A stretch of 64,000 bases of DNA from an uncultured Gammaproteobacteria bacterium (GTDB lineage: Bacteria; Pseudomonadota; Gammaproteobacteria; DRLM01): positions 8,874-72,873 of the forward strand of contig CAWEOA010000004.1 of the NCBI GenBank assembly GCA_963810615.1, given 5' to 3'. Under the pieces are notes generated by a model. It saw nothing but the letters and a program-made list of their open reading frames with translations, made no database searches and was not told the DNA's origin. This document shows, one piece after another, positions 17,892 through 26,775 of this stretch. Each line of letters opens with the position of its first letter. Within the stretch, counting starts at the first letter, position 1. The position numbers and the translations under genes were made by a program.

Positions 17892-19898
17892 ATGTGTGGA
17901 ATAGCCGGATTTATATACGCAGACCGAACCCGTCCCGTCGAACCGGAAACCCTGGTGGCGATGGCGGCCATCCAACATCACCGCGGCCCCGACGGCTTCG
18001 GCTGGCAGGCCAGGGACGGCGTGGGCTTCAGCCACGCCCGCCTGTCCATCATCGACCTTAATGAGCAGCGGGCGCGCCAACCCTTCGTCTCCGCCGACGA
18101 ACGGCTGATGCTCACCCAGAACGGCGAGATCTACGACTATCAACGCCTGCGCGCCGAACTCACCGCCCGCGGCGCGCGCTTTCGCACCAAGAGCGATTCG
18201 GAGCTCATCCTGCATCTCTATCCCTGGCTGGGTCTGGACGGCAGCCTGCCCAATTTGCGCGGCGAGTTCGCCTTCGCCCTGCACGACCGCGATGAAGACT
18301 GCGTGCATCTGGTGCGCGACCGTTTCGGCATCAAGCCGCTGTATTGGACCGAGATCGACGGCGGACTGGTGTTCGGCTCCGAACTCAAGGTGTTGTTCGC
18401 CCATCCCGCGGTGACGCGCCGTTTCGACTCCGCCGGCCTCTATCACCAACTCATGCAGACCATCGTGCCGGGCAGCACCGCCTTCGCCGGCGTCCATCAG
18501 GTCAAGCCCGGCCATGTGCTTACCGTCACGCGCCGCGACGGTCGGCTGCACATCAGCGATCGCCGCTACTGGGACATGCCGTTCCCCCGCGAAGACGCGC
18601 GCGGCACGCCCGATGATGAAGCCGAATACATCGACGGCGTGCGCGAACGCCTGATCAACGCCGTGCAACTGCGCCTGGAAGCGGACGTACCGGTGGGCTG
18701 TTATCTATCGGGCGGCATCGATTCCTGCTCCATCATCGGCCTGGCCGCCGCCAGCACCCAGGGCGCGGTCAAGGCCTTCACCATCGGCTTCGACAACGCC
18801 GACTATGACGAGACACCCATCGCCCGGGAAATGGCCGAGGCCGTCGGCGCCGACCAGGAAGTACTGCGCCTCGACGCCACCCATCTCTACGATCATTTCG
18901 AAGAGACCCTCTGGCACACCGAACGCACCATCTACAACACCCTGGGCGTGGCCAAGATGCTCATGAGCCGCCGTGTCAACGAGCTCGGTTACAAGGTGGT
19001 GCTGACCGGCGAAGGCTCCGATGAGTTGTTCGGTGGTTATCCCGCCTTCCGCCGCGACATGTTTCTGCACGGACTCGACCATCTGCCCGCCGATGAACGC
19101 CGCGAGTGGGAGGCGATGCTGACCGAGAGCAATAAGCTGTTCAGCGGCGCCATGCTCTCCGAAGAGACCATCGACGATCCCGCCCTCAGCGCCAAGGTCG
19201 GCTTCACACCGTCATGCCTGCAGCCGTGGCTGGCCAGCGCGCAACGGGTACCGGCCCTGCTGCATCCCGAGCGCCGCGCCGAATTGAAATCTTACTCGCC
19301 GGGTGCCGCCATCGCCGACGCCTTGGACGGAGATGCGCTGCAGGACCGCCATCCCCTGGACCGCGCCCAATACGTGTGGATCAAGACCATGCTCGAAGGC
19401 CAGATCCTCACCTGGGGCGGCGACCGGGTGGACATGGCCAATTCCATGGAGGCCCGCCCGCCCTTCCTCGACCATCACCTCGCCGAGTACGCGGCACAGT
19501 TGCCGCCGTCCATGCGCATTCACGGCCGCACCGAGAAATACGTATTGCGCGAAGCCATGAAAGGCCTGTTGCCGGAAACCCTCTACAAGCGAGAGAAGTT
19601 CGCCTTCATGGCGCCCCCGGCCCATACCGATCCGCAGAAGTGGCAGGCCATGCAAACCCTGGCCAAACGCCACCTCGACCCGACAACGGTTGCGGCCGCC
19701 GGCCTGCTGGACCCGGACGGTGTCTCGGCCCTGTTCAAGCTGCACGAGTCGCCGGACACCTCCTCCGCTACCCAGACCCAGCTCGACGCTGTCATCAATC
19801 ATCTCATCGGCGTGCAAATCCTCCACGAACGCTTTATCGCTGCCGATATCCCTGCCGAGGCGCGGCGCAAGGCGCAGCAACTCGGCTGGCACCCATAG
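17892..19898 (+). CDS. asparagine synthase-type glutamine-hydrolysing amidotransferase (long AsnB/AsnO-like form)
   Basis: N-terminal nucleophile MCGIAG, a GATase-II domain and the PP-loop CYLSGGIDSC. 668 aa. Starts 1 nt after the preceding stop. Confidence 0.9.
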   Translation: MCGIAGFIYADRTRPVEPETLVAMAAIQHHRGPDGFGWQARDGVGFSHARLSIIDLNEQRARQPFVSADERLMLTQNGEIYDYQRLRAELTARGARFRTKSDSELILHLYPWLGLDGSLPNLRGEFAFALHDRDEDCVHLVRDRFGIKPLYWTEIDGGLVFGSELKVLFAHPAVTRRFDSAGLYHQLMQTIVPGSTAFAGVHQVKPGHVLTVTRRDGRLHISDRRYWDMPFPREDARGTPDDEAEYIDGVRERLINAVQLRLEADVPVGCYLSGGIDSCSIIGLAAASTQGAVKAFTIGFDNADYDETPIAREMAEAVGADQEVLRLDATHLYDHFEETLWHTERTIYNTLGVAKMLMSRRVNELGYKVVLTGEGSDELFGGYPAFRRDMFLHGLDHLPADERREWEAMLTESNKLFSGAMLSEETIDDPALSAKVGFTPSCLQPWLASAQRVPALLHPERRAELKSYSPGAAIADALDGDALQDRHPLDRAQYVWIKTMLEGQILTWGGDRVDMANSMEARPPFLDHHLAEYAAQLPPSMRIHGRTEKYVLREAMKGLLPETLYKREKFAFMAPPAHTDPQKWQAMQTLAKRHLDPTTVAAAGLLDPDGVSALFKLHESPDTSSATQTQLDAVINHLIGVQILHERFIAADIPAEARRKAQQLGWHP

Positions 19899-19983
19899 TG
19901 CCGACAGCAGGCAATACCGCGATAAGGAAGTCCTATTAAAATGTCCCGTCGCCCGGTGCATCGGGCGACCTTATCTCTAGTGG

Positions 19984-20748
19984 GTGGATAAGGACATGCT
20001 GGAACTGGCAAATATCAGCAAACGCTACGGCAAAACTCAAGCGCTGGCGCACTGTGAGTTACAGGTGTCGGCGGGCGAGACCGTGGTGCTCATCGGACCC
20101 AGCGGCTGCGGCAAGTCCACACTGCTGCGGTTGATCGCCGGACTGATCCAGGCGGATTCCGGCACCATCGTCTTCACGGGCGAGACGCTGACGCAGGACA
20201 ATATCCTGCAGGCGCGGCAACGCATGGGCTATGTCATTCAGGAAGGCGGCCTGTTTCCCCATCTCAGCGTACGTGACAATGTCATCGTCATGGCGCGTTA
20301 TCTGCGCCGCGACCCAGCCTGGATAGCAAACCGCATCACCGAACTGGCGCAACTAGTACGCTTGCCGTTGGAACTGATGATGCGTTACCCGGCCGAGCTA
20401 TCGGGCGGACAACGCCAGCGCGTCAGCTTGATGCGCGCCTTGATGCTGGACCCGGAGTTGCTGCTGCTGGACGAACCCCTGGGCGCGCTGGACCCCATGA
20501 TCCGCTATGAACTGCAGCAGGAACTCAAGGCCATCTTCCGCCAACTGGGCAAGAGCGTGGTGATGGTCACCCACGACATCGCCGAGGCCGCTTATTTCGG
20601 CCATACCCTGGTATTGATGCGCGACGGCCGCATCGTCCAGACCGGCCCCTTCAAGGAACTGGCGCGCTCACCGGCCGAGCCATTCGTAGAACAATTCATC
20701 ACCGCGCAGCGCGACCCGCTGGAGCAACTGGCCGAGGCCTTAAAATGA
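19984..20748 (+). CDS. ABC transporter ATP-binding protein, osmoprotectant (OpuC/OpuB) type
   Basis: Walker A GPSGCGKST, signature LSGGQRQRVSLMRA, Walker B LLLDEPLGALD. The ATG at 19996 (MLELANISKRYG) is an alternative start. Confidence 0.9.
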   Translation: MDKDMLELANISKRYGKTQALAHCELQVSAGETVVLIGPSGCGKSTLLRLIAGLIQADSGTIVFTGETLTQDNILQARQRMGYVIQEGGLFPHLSVRDNVIVMARYLRRDPAWIANRITELAQLVRLPLELMMRYPAELSGGQRQRVSLMRALMLDPELLLLDEPLGALDPMIRYELQQELKAIFRQLGKSVVMVTHDIAEAAYFGHTLVLMRDGRIVQTGPFKELARSPAEPFVEQFITAQRDPLEQLAEALK

Positions 20749-22274
20749 AGACCCGGCTGTGGCTGGCAACATTGCTGATGACGCTCTGCAGCATTCAGGT
20801 ATCACCGGCTTTTAGTGCCGCAACACCCGCGACCGTCACCGTTGCCTCGAAAAACTTCACCGAATCGGTGATCCTCGGCGAGATGCTGCGCCTGCTCGCC
20901 AAACACAGCGGTGCCGAGGCCGTGCATCGCCGCCAGCTGGGCGGCACCCGCGTACTGTGGAACGCCCTGCTCAACGGCGAGATCGACGCCTATCCTGAAT
21001 ACACCGGCACCCTGCTGCAGGAAATCATGGTCAAGGAAAACGTGAATAGCGATAAACAACTCGAAGCGGCCCTAGCCGAGCGCGGACTGCGCATGACCCG
21101 CCCCCTGGGCTTCAACAACACCTACGCCATCGGCGTCAAAGAGACGCTGGCAAAAAAACTCGGGCTGTACACCATCTCCGATTTACGCCGGCACCCCGAG
21201 CTGGTGATGGGCTTCAGCAATGAGTTCATGGATCGCGCCGACGGCTGGCCCGGCCTGCAGCGGCGTTATAGACTCCCGCAACAAAACGTCCGGGGACTGG
21301 ACCACGACCTGGCCTACCGCGGCCTGGAATCGGGCACCTTGCAGGTCATGGACCTTTACGCCACCGACGCTGAAATCTCCTATTACAAGCTGCGCACGCT
21401 TAAGGACGATCTCCATTATTTTCCGGTCTATGATGCCGTCATCCTCTATCGCGCCGATATGCAACAGCGCGCGCCAGAGATGGTGGCCCTGCTCAAACGG
21501 CTGGCGGGCCGCATCGACGCCGCCGCCATGAGCGCTATGAACGCGCGGGTGAAATTGAACGGCGAGAGCGAAACGGCGGTGGCGGCGGATTTTCTCGAGA
21601 AGAACCTGGACATCGATGTGGACTATCGCCTGCAAGGCCCGTGGCAACGCTTCCGGCAACACACCTCCGAGCACCTGATCCTGGTGGCCATCTCCCTCTC
21701 CGCGGCGATCCTCATCGCCGTGCCGCTCGGCGTCCTGGCCGCCGTCCGCCCGCGCCTCGGCCAGTTCGTATTGGCTACCACCAGCATCCTGCAGACCATC
21801 CCGTCCCTAGCGCTGTTCGTGTTCATGATCCCCTTGCTGGGCATCGGCGCACCGCCGGCAATCCTGGCCTTGTTTCTCTACAGCCTGCTGCCCATCGTTC
21901 GCAACACCTATGCCGGACTCAAGGATATTCCGCCGACCGTGATCGAATCGGCGCGCGCACTGGGTCTGCCGCCGGGAGCGCGGCTGCGCATCGTGGAACT
22001 GCCCCTCGCCACCCGCGCCATCCTCGCCGGCATCAAGACCTCTGCCGTGCTCAACGTCGGCACTGCCACCCTCAGCGCCCTGATCGGCGCCGGCGGCTAT
22101 GGCCAACCCATCCTCACCGGCATACGCCTCGACGACATCGGCCTGATCCTGCAAGGCGCAGTCCCGGCCGCCGTCTTAGCGCTGTTGGTACAAGGCCTGT
22201 TTGAATTGATCGAGCGCAGTCTCATGCCCAAGGGACTGCGTATACAGACGAGCAAAGTGCGATCTCTCGAATAA
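20745..22274 (+). CDS. fused substrate-binding protein and permease of a glycine-betaine/choline-type ABC importer
   Basis: Signal peptide, then an OpuAC-like binding domain (KNFTESVILGEML, NTYAIGV). The C-terminal 6-TM permease has an EAA-type loop (ESARALGLPPGARLRIVELPLA). ATGA overlap with the ATPase gene. Confidence 0.85.
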   Translation: MKTRLWLATLLMTLCSIQVSPAFSAATPATVTVASKNFTESVILGEMLRLLAKHSGAEAVHRRQLGGTRVLWNALLNGEIDAYPEYTGTLLQEIMVKENVNSDKQLEAALAERGLRMTRPLGFNNTYAIGVKETLAKKLGLYTISDLRRHPELVMGFSNEFMDRADGWPGLQRRYRLPQQNVRGLDHDLAYRGLESGTLQVMDLYATDAEISYYKLRTLKDDLHYFPVYDAVILYRADMQQRAPEMVALLKRLAGRIDAAAMSAMNARVKLNGESETAVAADFLEKNLDIDVDYRLQGPWQRFRQHTSEHLILVAISLSAAILIAVPLGVLAAVRPRLGQFVLATTSILQTIPSLALFVFMIPLLGIGAPPAILALFLYSLLPIVRNTYAGLKDIPPTVIESARALGLPPGARLRIVELPLATRAILAGIKTSAVLNVGTATLSALIGAGGYGQPILTGIRLDDIGLILQGAVPAAVLALLVQGLFELIERSLMPKGLRIQTSKVRSLE

Positions 22275-22329
22275 TGCGGCAAAAAAGCCGGTGTTTCCCG
22301 TCTCGCACCAATGCAAAGCAGCAGCGTAA

Positions 22330-22700
22330 ACGGCGCTTGCAACAGGATGGCTTTTCACAATTGACTTGGGCAATCTGGGTGCCTACTACCGTCAATATCT
22401 ACGGCTCATGGAAAATTGGCGCAAGATGCTCAACGTAGCGATGATGGAGGTCCGCTATGAGGAATTGGTGGCCGACCAGGAAAGTATAAGCAGGAAAATA
22501 GTGGAGCATTGCCGCCTGAAATGGGATGAACGCTGTCTGCGTTTTCACGAGACGCAGCGAGTGGTCGCCACTGCCGGTTATGATCAGGTCCGCCAACCTT
22601 TGTACAGCCGTTCAGTGGGTCGCTGGCAACACTACTAAGTCATCTCGAACCCTTACGCCACGCCCTGGACCAAGCAAGCGCCGGGGAAACTACCGCGTAA
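22330..22700 (+). pseudogene. 3' remnant of a sulfotransferase gene
   Basis: YYRQYLRLMENWRKML...VRYEELVADQESISRKIVEHCRLKWDERCLRFHETQRVVATAGYDQVRQPLYSRSVGRWQHY matches sulfotransferase C-termini. The N-terminal PAPS-binding part is absent. The last ~20 aa (HLEPLRHALDQAS) are in a shifted frame. Confidence 0.65.
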
Positions 22701-22866
22701 GAACCGAAGTGGGTTGATTGGGTCGCTGAAATCACGCGCCCATTCGTCCCCTCCCTAGGCGGATGCTTGTCCACTTGGCCTCTCACGGCCTGCACAAAAC
22801 TCAACCGAAAAGAATTTCCCGAAGATTCATTATGTTTGGCATGGAGTCACGCCGGTAACACAAAAT

Positions 22867-22895
22867 TTGACATCATGTTACCAGAATGCTAGATT
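22867..22895 (+). promoter_or_regulatory. sigma70-type promoter candidate for the NiCoT gene
   Basis: TTGACA (22867-22872), a 17-nt spacer, then an extended -10 TGcTAGATT (22887-22895). This would leave a ~200-nt leader. Confidence 0.4.
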
Positions 22896-22988
22896 TTAAA
22901 AATCGTAGCACTCAATGCGGGCCGGCAATTAGAAGCGACGCCCGCGGCGCCGGCTGTCGATACCGCCAGATGCTCGTCTTTGGTCATC

Positions 22989-23003
22989 GCCCGGAGACCT
23001 CGG
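22989..23003 (+). promoter_or_regulatory. B12-box-like motif in the NiCoT leader (possible cobalamin riboswitch core)
   Basis: GCCCGGAGACCTCGG matches 12 contiguous positions of the B12-box consensus (GYCMGGAGACCK). The other riboswitch core elements are not convincingly visible by eye. Confidence 0.25.
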
Positions 23004-23101
23004 AGAACAGCTCGCACTCAATACCAAATTCAGAACAGAGACGCCGCCTTGCAATCGACCGATAGAGCGAAATCCATTTTCCGAATCCAGGGAGTTGCCG
23101 C

Positions 23102-24253
23102 ATGAGCGACGACAACGCCGCAGCGATCTCTGTATCCGCGCAAGCGGCCGAGACCGCTCCCACGCGATTGTGGTTTACCGCCGCCGAGTGGGCGCGGCTG
23201 GGCGGCCTCTACGGTTTCATCGCCTTCCTGCATATCCTCGGCTGGGGATTGTTTGTGTTCTATTCGGCCCACTACCCGACCCTGGCCGGACTCGGGGTGG
23301 TCGCCTATCTGTTCGGGCTGCGCCACGCCTTCGACGCCGATCATATCTCGGCGGTCGATGACACCATCCGCTACATGCTGCAAAAGGGTAAGAAGCCCTT
23401 GGGCATCGGTTTCTTTTTCTCCCTGGGCCATTCCACCATCGTGTTCGCCCTGGCGGTGGCCATCATCTTCTCCGCCGCCGCTGTCAAACAGGAATTGCCG
23501 CAGTTGCAGAATATGGGCGGCATCATCGGCGCCAGCGTCTCCGGGATATTTCTGTGGATCATCGGCATACTCAACTTCCTGGTATTGTTGGACATCCTCA
23601 AGGTATGGGGCCAGGCCAAGACCGGGAAACACAGTCACGCCCACCTTGACGAACTGCTCTCGCAACGCGGGTTTATGAACCGCCTGTTCGGCGGCAAACT
23701 GCAGAAGGTCATCAACCACAGCTGGCAGATGTATCCGCTCGGCCTGCTGTTCGGCCTGGGCTTCGACACCGCGTCCGAGGTCGGACTGTTGGCCATGACC
23801 GCCGGCGCCTCGGCCGGCAATTTACCGGTCCCCGCCGTGCTGGCCCTGCCGGTGCTGTTCGCCGCGGGGATGTCATTGATGGACACCACCGACGGGGTAT
23901 TGATGGTCAAGGCCTATAACTGGGCGTTCTTGAATCCGGTGCGCAAAATCTACTACAACATCACCACCACCGGCTTATCGGTTGCGGTCGCGCTGGTGAT
24001 CGGCACCATCGAACTGCTGCAGGTGATGATCAATATGTTGAATCTGAAAGGTCCTGTTTTCGATTACGTCGAAAATCTGGATTTTGGAATTCTGGGCTAT
24101 GTGATCGTCGGAATATTTCTGCTCGCCTGGGCTCTCTCGGTCGGCATCTGGAAGTTCTACCGCATCGAAGAACGCTACGGACCCACCGCCCACTCTCATA
24201 ATCATGCCCATAACACCGGCATCGAACACGCTCACAAACATTTTCATTCCTGA
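23102..24253 (+). CDS. HoxN/HupN/NixA-family nickel/cobalt transporter (NiCoT)
   Basis: Signature RHAFDADHISAVDDT in TM2, LGHSTIV, eight predicted TM segments and a His-rich C-terminus (HSHNHAHNTGIEHAHKHFHS). Confidence 0.9.
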   Translation: MSDDNAAAISVSAQAAETAPTRLWFTAAEWARLGGLYGFIAFLHILGWGLFVFYSAHYPTLAGLGVVAYLFGLRHAFDADHISAVDDTIRYMLQKGKKPLGIGFFFSLGHSTIVFALAVAIIFSAAAVKQELPQLQNMGGIIGASVSGIFLWIIGILNFLVLLDILKVWGQAKTGKHSHAHLDELLSQRGFMNRLFGGKLQKVINHSWQMYPLGLLFGLGFDTASEVGLLAMTAGASAGNLPVPAVLALPVLFAAGMSLMDTTDGVLMVKAYNWAFLNPVRKIYYNITTTGLSVAVALVIGTIELLQVMINMLNLKGPVFDYVENLDFGILGYVIVGIFLLAWALSVGIWKFYRIEERYGPTAHSHNHAHNTGIEHAHKHFHS

Positions 24254-24429
24254 TCGGCCACGCACTGCAGTAGCCTCGCACATTGCCACGCGCTGTGCCT
24301 ACGCAGATGCCCGCATCATAGTTATCAGGCGGCGGCATGAGATGAGATGAATCCCGCAAGCCGGTCGCACCCTTCCTTCCCTCAATAACCGGCAGCAAAG
24401 CGCGCTCTGAGGCAAGCCCGCGCCCGTCA

Positions 24430-24459
24430 TTGACCCCGACACCACTAAAGATATATTAT
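24430..24459 (+). promoter_or_regulatory. sigma70-type promoter candidate for the HPP gene
   Basis: TTGACC (24430-24435), an 18-nt spacer, TATTAT (24454-24459); ~55 nt upstream of the ATG at 24517. Confidence 0.35.
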
Positions 24460-24516
24460 AATTGCATCTTTAATGCCGTTACTTATCCGCTTTCTCACCA
24501 TCTCAAGTTCCAAGCA

Positions 24517-25215
24517 ATGTTTTCGCTCATCAAATCACGCATCGATCATGTCTCGTTCAAAGAAAAGCTGATCAATGCTCTGGCAGCGACCTTCGCCATA
24601 CTCGTCCTTGGCTTCGTGCTTAAGATTCTTCCTCATAAGACCTTTGTCTTGCCCCTGATGGCGTCAATGGGCGCATCCGCGTTTCTGTTATTCATCGTAC
24701 CCCATAGCCCGATGGCGCAACCCTGGCCGCTGATCGGTGGCCATCTTGTTTCGGCAATCGTTGCCATCACCATCACCCATTTGACTACGGATGCCATACT
24801 CGCAAGCGCATGCATCGTCGGCGGCTCGATATTGGCTATGCAGTTATTGAATTGCCTTCATCCGCCCGGCGCGGCCACGGCACTAGCGGTCATGGCGGGG
24901 GCACAACTGCAGAATATGGACGTGCAATTCATGGTGTATATCGTGCTCGGCAACGCCCTCATCCTGCTGCTGATGGCCTATATGATCAACAATCTGCTGT
25001 TGAAACGGCGTTATCCCATGCTGAAAAGTCATCACCCGCACCATGCGCAATTTCAGCAGAGCCATTCTCAGGATCCACTGGCCCTGAATATCGATGACAT
25101 CGAGTGGGCGCTGGGCCAGATGGACGGCATCATCGATGCCAGCGAAGAAGATTTGATCGATATATATGAACTTGCCCTGGAGCATGCACTGACGAAAAAT
25201 CAGGCAGCTAAATAA
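24517..25215 (+). CDS. HPP-family membrane protein
   Basis: Four TM helices and the eponymous motif LNCLHPPGAATAL. Start taken at MFSLIKS (24517). Confidence 0.8.
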   Translation: MFSLIKSRIDHVSFKEKLINALAATFAILVLGFVLKILPHKTFVLPLMASMGASAFLLFIVPHSPMAQPWPLIGGHLVSAIVAITITHLTTDAILASACIVGGSILAMQLLNCLHPPGAATALAVMAGAQLQNMDVQFMVYIVLGNALILLLMAYMINNLLLKRRYPMLKSHHPHHAQFQQSHSQDPLALNIDDIEWALGQMDGIIDASEEDLIDIYELALEHALTKNQAAK

Positions 25216-25223
25216 AATTTAGC

Positions 25224-26012
25224 CTACAAATGCAAGCCACATTCCTTTTTCGGTGTATCCACCCAGCGACCGGCGCGGTCATCGCCCGGCACAGTGCAAT
25301 GGGAACAGCCGATGGAAGAATAGCCTTTGGCAACCAGGGGATGAAACGGCAGCTGATGTTCGCGGATATAGGCATCGCGCTCATCCTTGCCGACGTCCAC
25401 CATCGGATAGAATTTGATGATACCTCCCCGCTCTTCGAAGATATCCAAACCGGAGCGATGGGGCGTCTGCCAGCGCATCAGGCTGGATACCCATACCTGA
25501 TAATCCTTCTTCACCTCTTCAAGAGGTTCCACCTTATTTATGGAACAGCAAAAATCCGGATCCGAATTATAGGTCTGCTCCTGCGCGGTAAAATCATGCT
25601 TCCAGTCCTCCGGACGCACGTCTTGCACCACCAAGCCGTATAAGCCGACCAGATAATCCTTATAGCTCAGGGTCTCCGGGAAGTGAAAACCGGTATCGAT
25701 AAAGAAGATGGTTTGCCGGGGCCGGATACGGGAAATGATGTGCAAAAAATAGGCGGATGTCGCCGCGAACGACGAGGTCACCATCACCTTACCAGGATCG
25801 AAATCCCGATAGAGCTGTTCGATGCGCTGCGCAAAACTCAAGGGGCGGTATTTCGCGTTCAACTCCGCAATATCCACCACCGTGCTACCGGAGCCGGAGC
25901 TGCTTTCGGCAAGATCAGACATGACTAGTATCCCAACTACTGAACTGCCAAGCTTAGCAGCATTGGCCGTCCGGAGACAAAACTCCCGCTCCGGGGAGTC
26001 GGGAACACCCAT
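25224..26012 (-). CDS. cysH: assimilatory adenylyl-sulfate (APS)/PAPS reductase, Fe-S-type CysH
   Basis: FIDTGFHFPETL, C-terminal KECGLH, plus the CC (DFCCSINKVEPL) and CxxC (GCSHCT) pairs typical of [4Fe-4S] APS reductases. The alternative start MSDLAES at 25922 is at least as likely. Confidence 0.85.
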   Translation of the reverse strand: MGVPDSPEREFCLRTANAAKLGSSVVGILVMSDLAESSSGSGSTVVDIAELNAKYRPLSFAQRIEQLYRDFDPGKVMVTSSFAATSAYFLHIISRIRPRQTIFFIDTGFHFPETLSYKDYLVGLYGLVVQDVRPEDWKHDFTAQEQTYNSDPDFCCSINKVEPLEEVKKDYQVWVSSLMRWQTPHRSGLDIFEERGGIIKFYPMVDVGKDERDAYIREHQLPFHPLVAKGYSSIGCSHCTVPGDDRAGRWVDTPKKECGLHL

Positions 26013-26355
26013 AAACCTGAATCTTCTTTGTATTTATCCAATGTCTTCGGCCTGCGTGCTGTGTCGACGTTGAAAGTCACGACACCTGTTGCCAAACAAG
26101 GGGATACCCTCACCCTTGCTCCGATTCTGGCTGTGGCATTGGCCGGTATTCAGAAAAAAAACGGGGGGGGGTTGGAGAGAGCAAAGAAGTATATTTTCCC
26201 GGGAAGCGGGTCCCGCTAAGCTCGCAACCTTGAACTTAGCGGTAACACCCCCCATATCGTGTCTTGAGTGTGACTCCCATTACACTCACCCCGTCCTATT
26301 CCCTCCCCCCGGGACGGGGAATGCATGCCTGGTTTCCCAAACGCTAGGCATTTTG

Positions 26356-26393
26356 GATCCCGGCCACCCAATGGGTGTCGGGATCTCTTTTTT
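26356..26393 (+). terminator. orphan Rho-independent terminator (plus-strand orientation)
   Basis: GATCCCG-GC-CACC [CAATG] GGTG-T-CGGGATC followed by TCTTTTTT. There is no plus-strand protein gene upstream. Confidence 0.6.
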
Positions 26394-26775
26394 ACCACAC
26401 TATTTGCAAAAGAATAAGGGGTTTCGACCTTGGCTGGGGCGCTCCGGCTCGCGCCAGCGGTTTCCCGTTCAAGTTCAATTCGAACCCGATGTCATTCCAG
26501 CACTCATCAAGAACGTGGCACAGCTAAATGAACACCGCTTCTTGCATCTATGACGGCAGGGCTTGAAGCGAGTCGTAGCGGTCCTTCAACCGGAAGATAC
26601 TGATATATGGAATGCGTAATTCGCTGAGGCTGGCCGGAACAACGATGAGCGGTTGGTTTCAAGCCTTCGCCACTCCTGAGTACGTTAACAGCTCAAGCGC
26701 TAAGATCAGACTTCGTTATGCGTAACAGGTACGAGACATACTGCGAGGCGATGGGCTTGACGTCAGGCCAAAGAC

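Noticed and set aside
17883-19961. Minus-strand ORFs of 261 and 249 aa, and a plus-strand ORF of 241 aa, overlapping the AsnB-like gene
   Set aside because: Same GC-driven shadow-ORF signature, with no motifs. The AsnB frame is unambiguous.
23030-23719. 229-aa minus-strand ORF across the NiCoT leader and 5' end
   Set aside because: It is antisense to a gene with the NiCoT signature. Its composition is Gly/Asp/Gln-rich junk and it has no SD.
26161-26180. A8 followed by a G8 homopolymer pair, considered as a phase-variation switch
   Set aside because: It is not inside or immediately upstream of any supported gene or promoter, so no functional inference is possible.
26470-26500. GGGTTCGAATTG (minus strand), resembling a tRNA T-loop
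   Set aside because: The flanks cannot form a T-stem, acceptor stem or anticodon arm. I found no tRNA in the window.
26089-26553. 154-aa plus-strand ORF in the cysH-upstream spacer
   Set aside because: It crosses homopolymer runs (A8, G8), several hairpins and an intrinsic terminator. Its Pro/Gly/Trp-rich sequence has no domain. The region is treated as non-coding.
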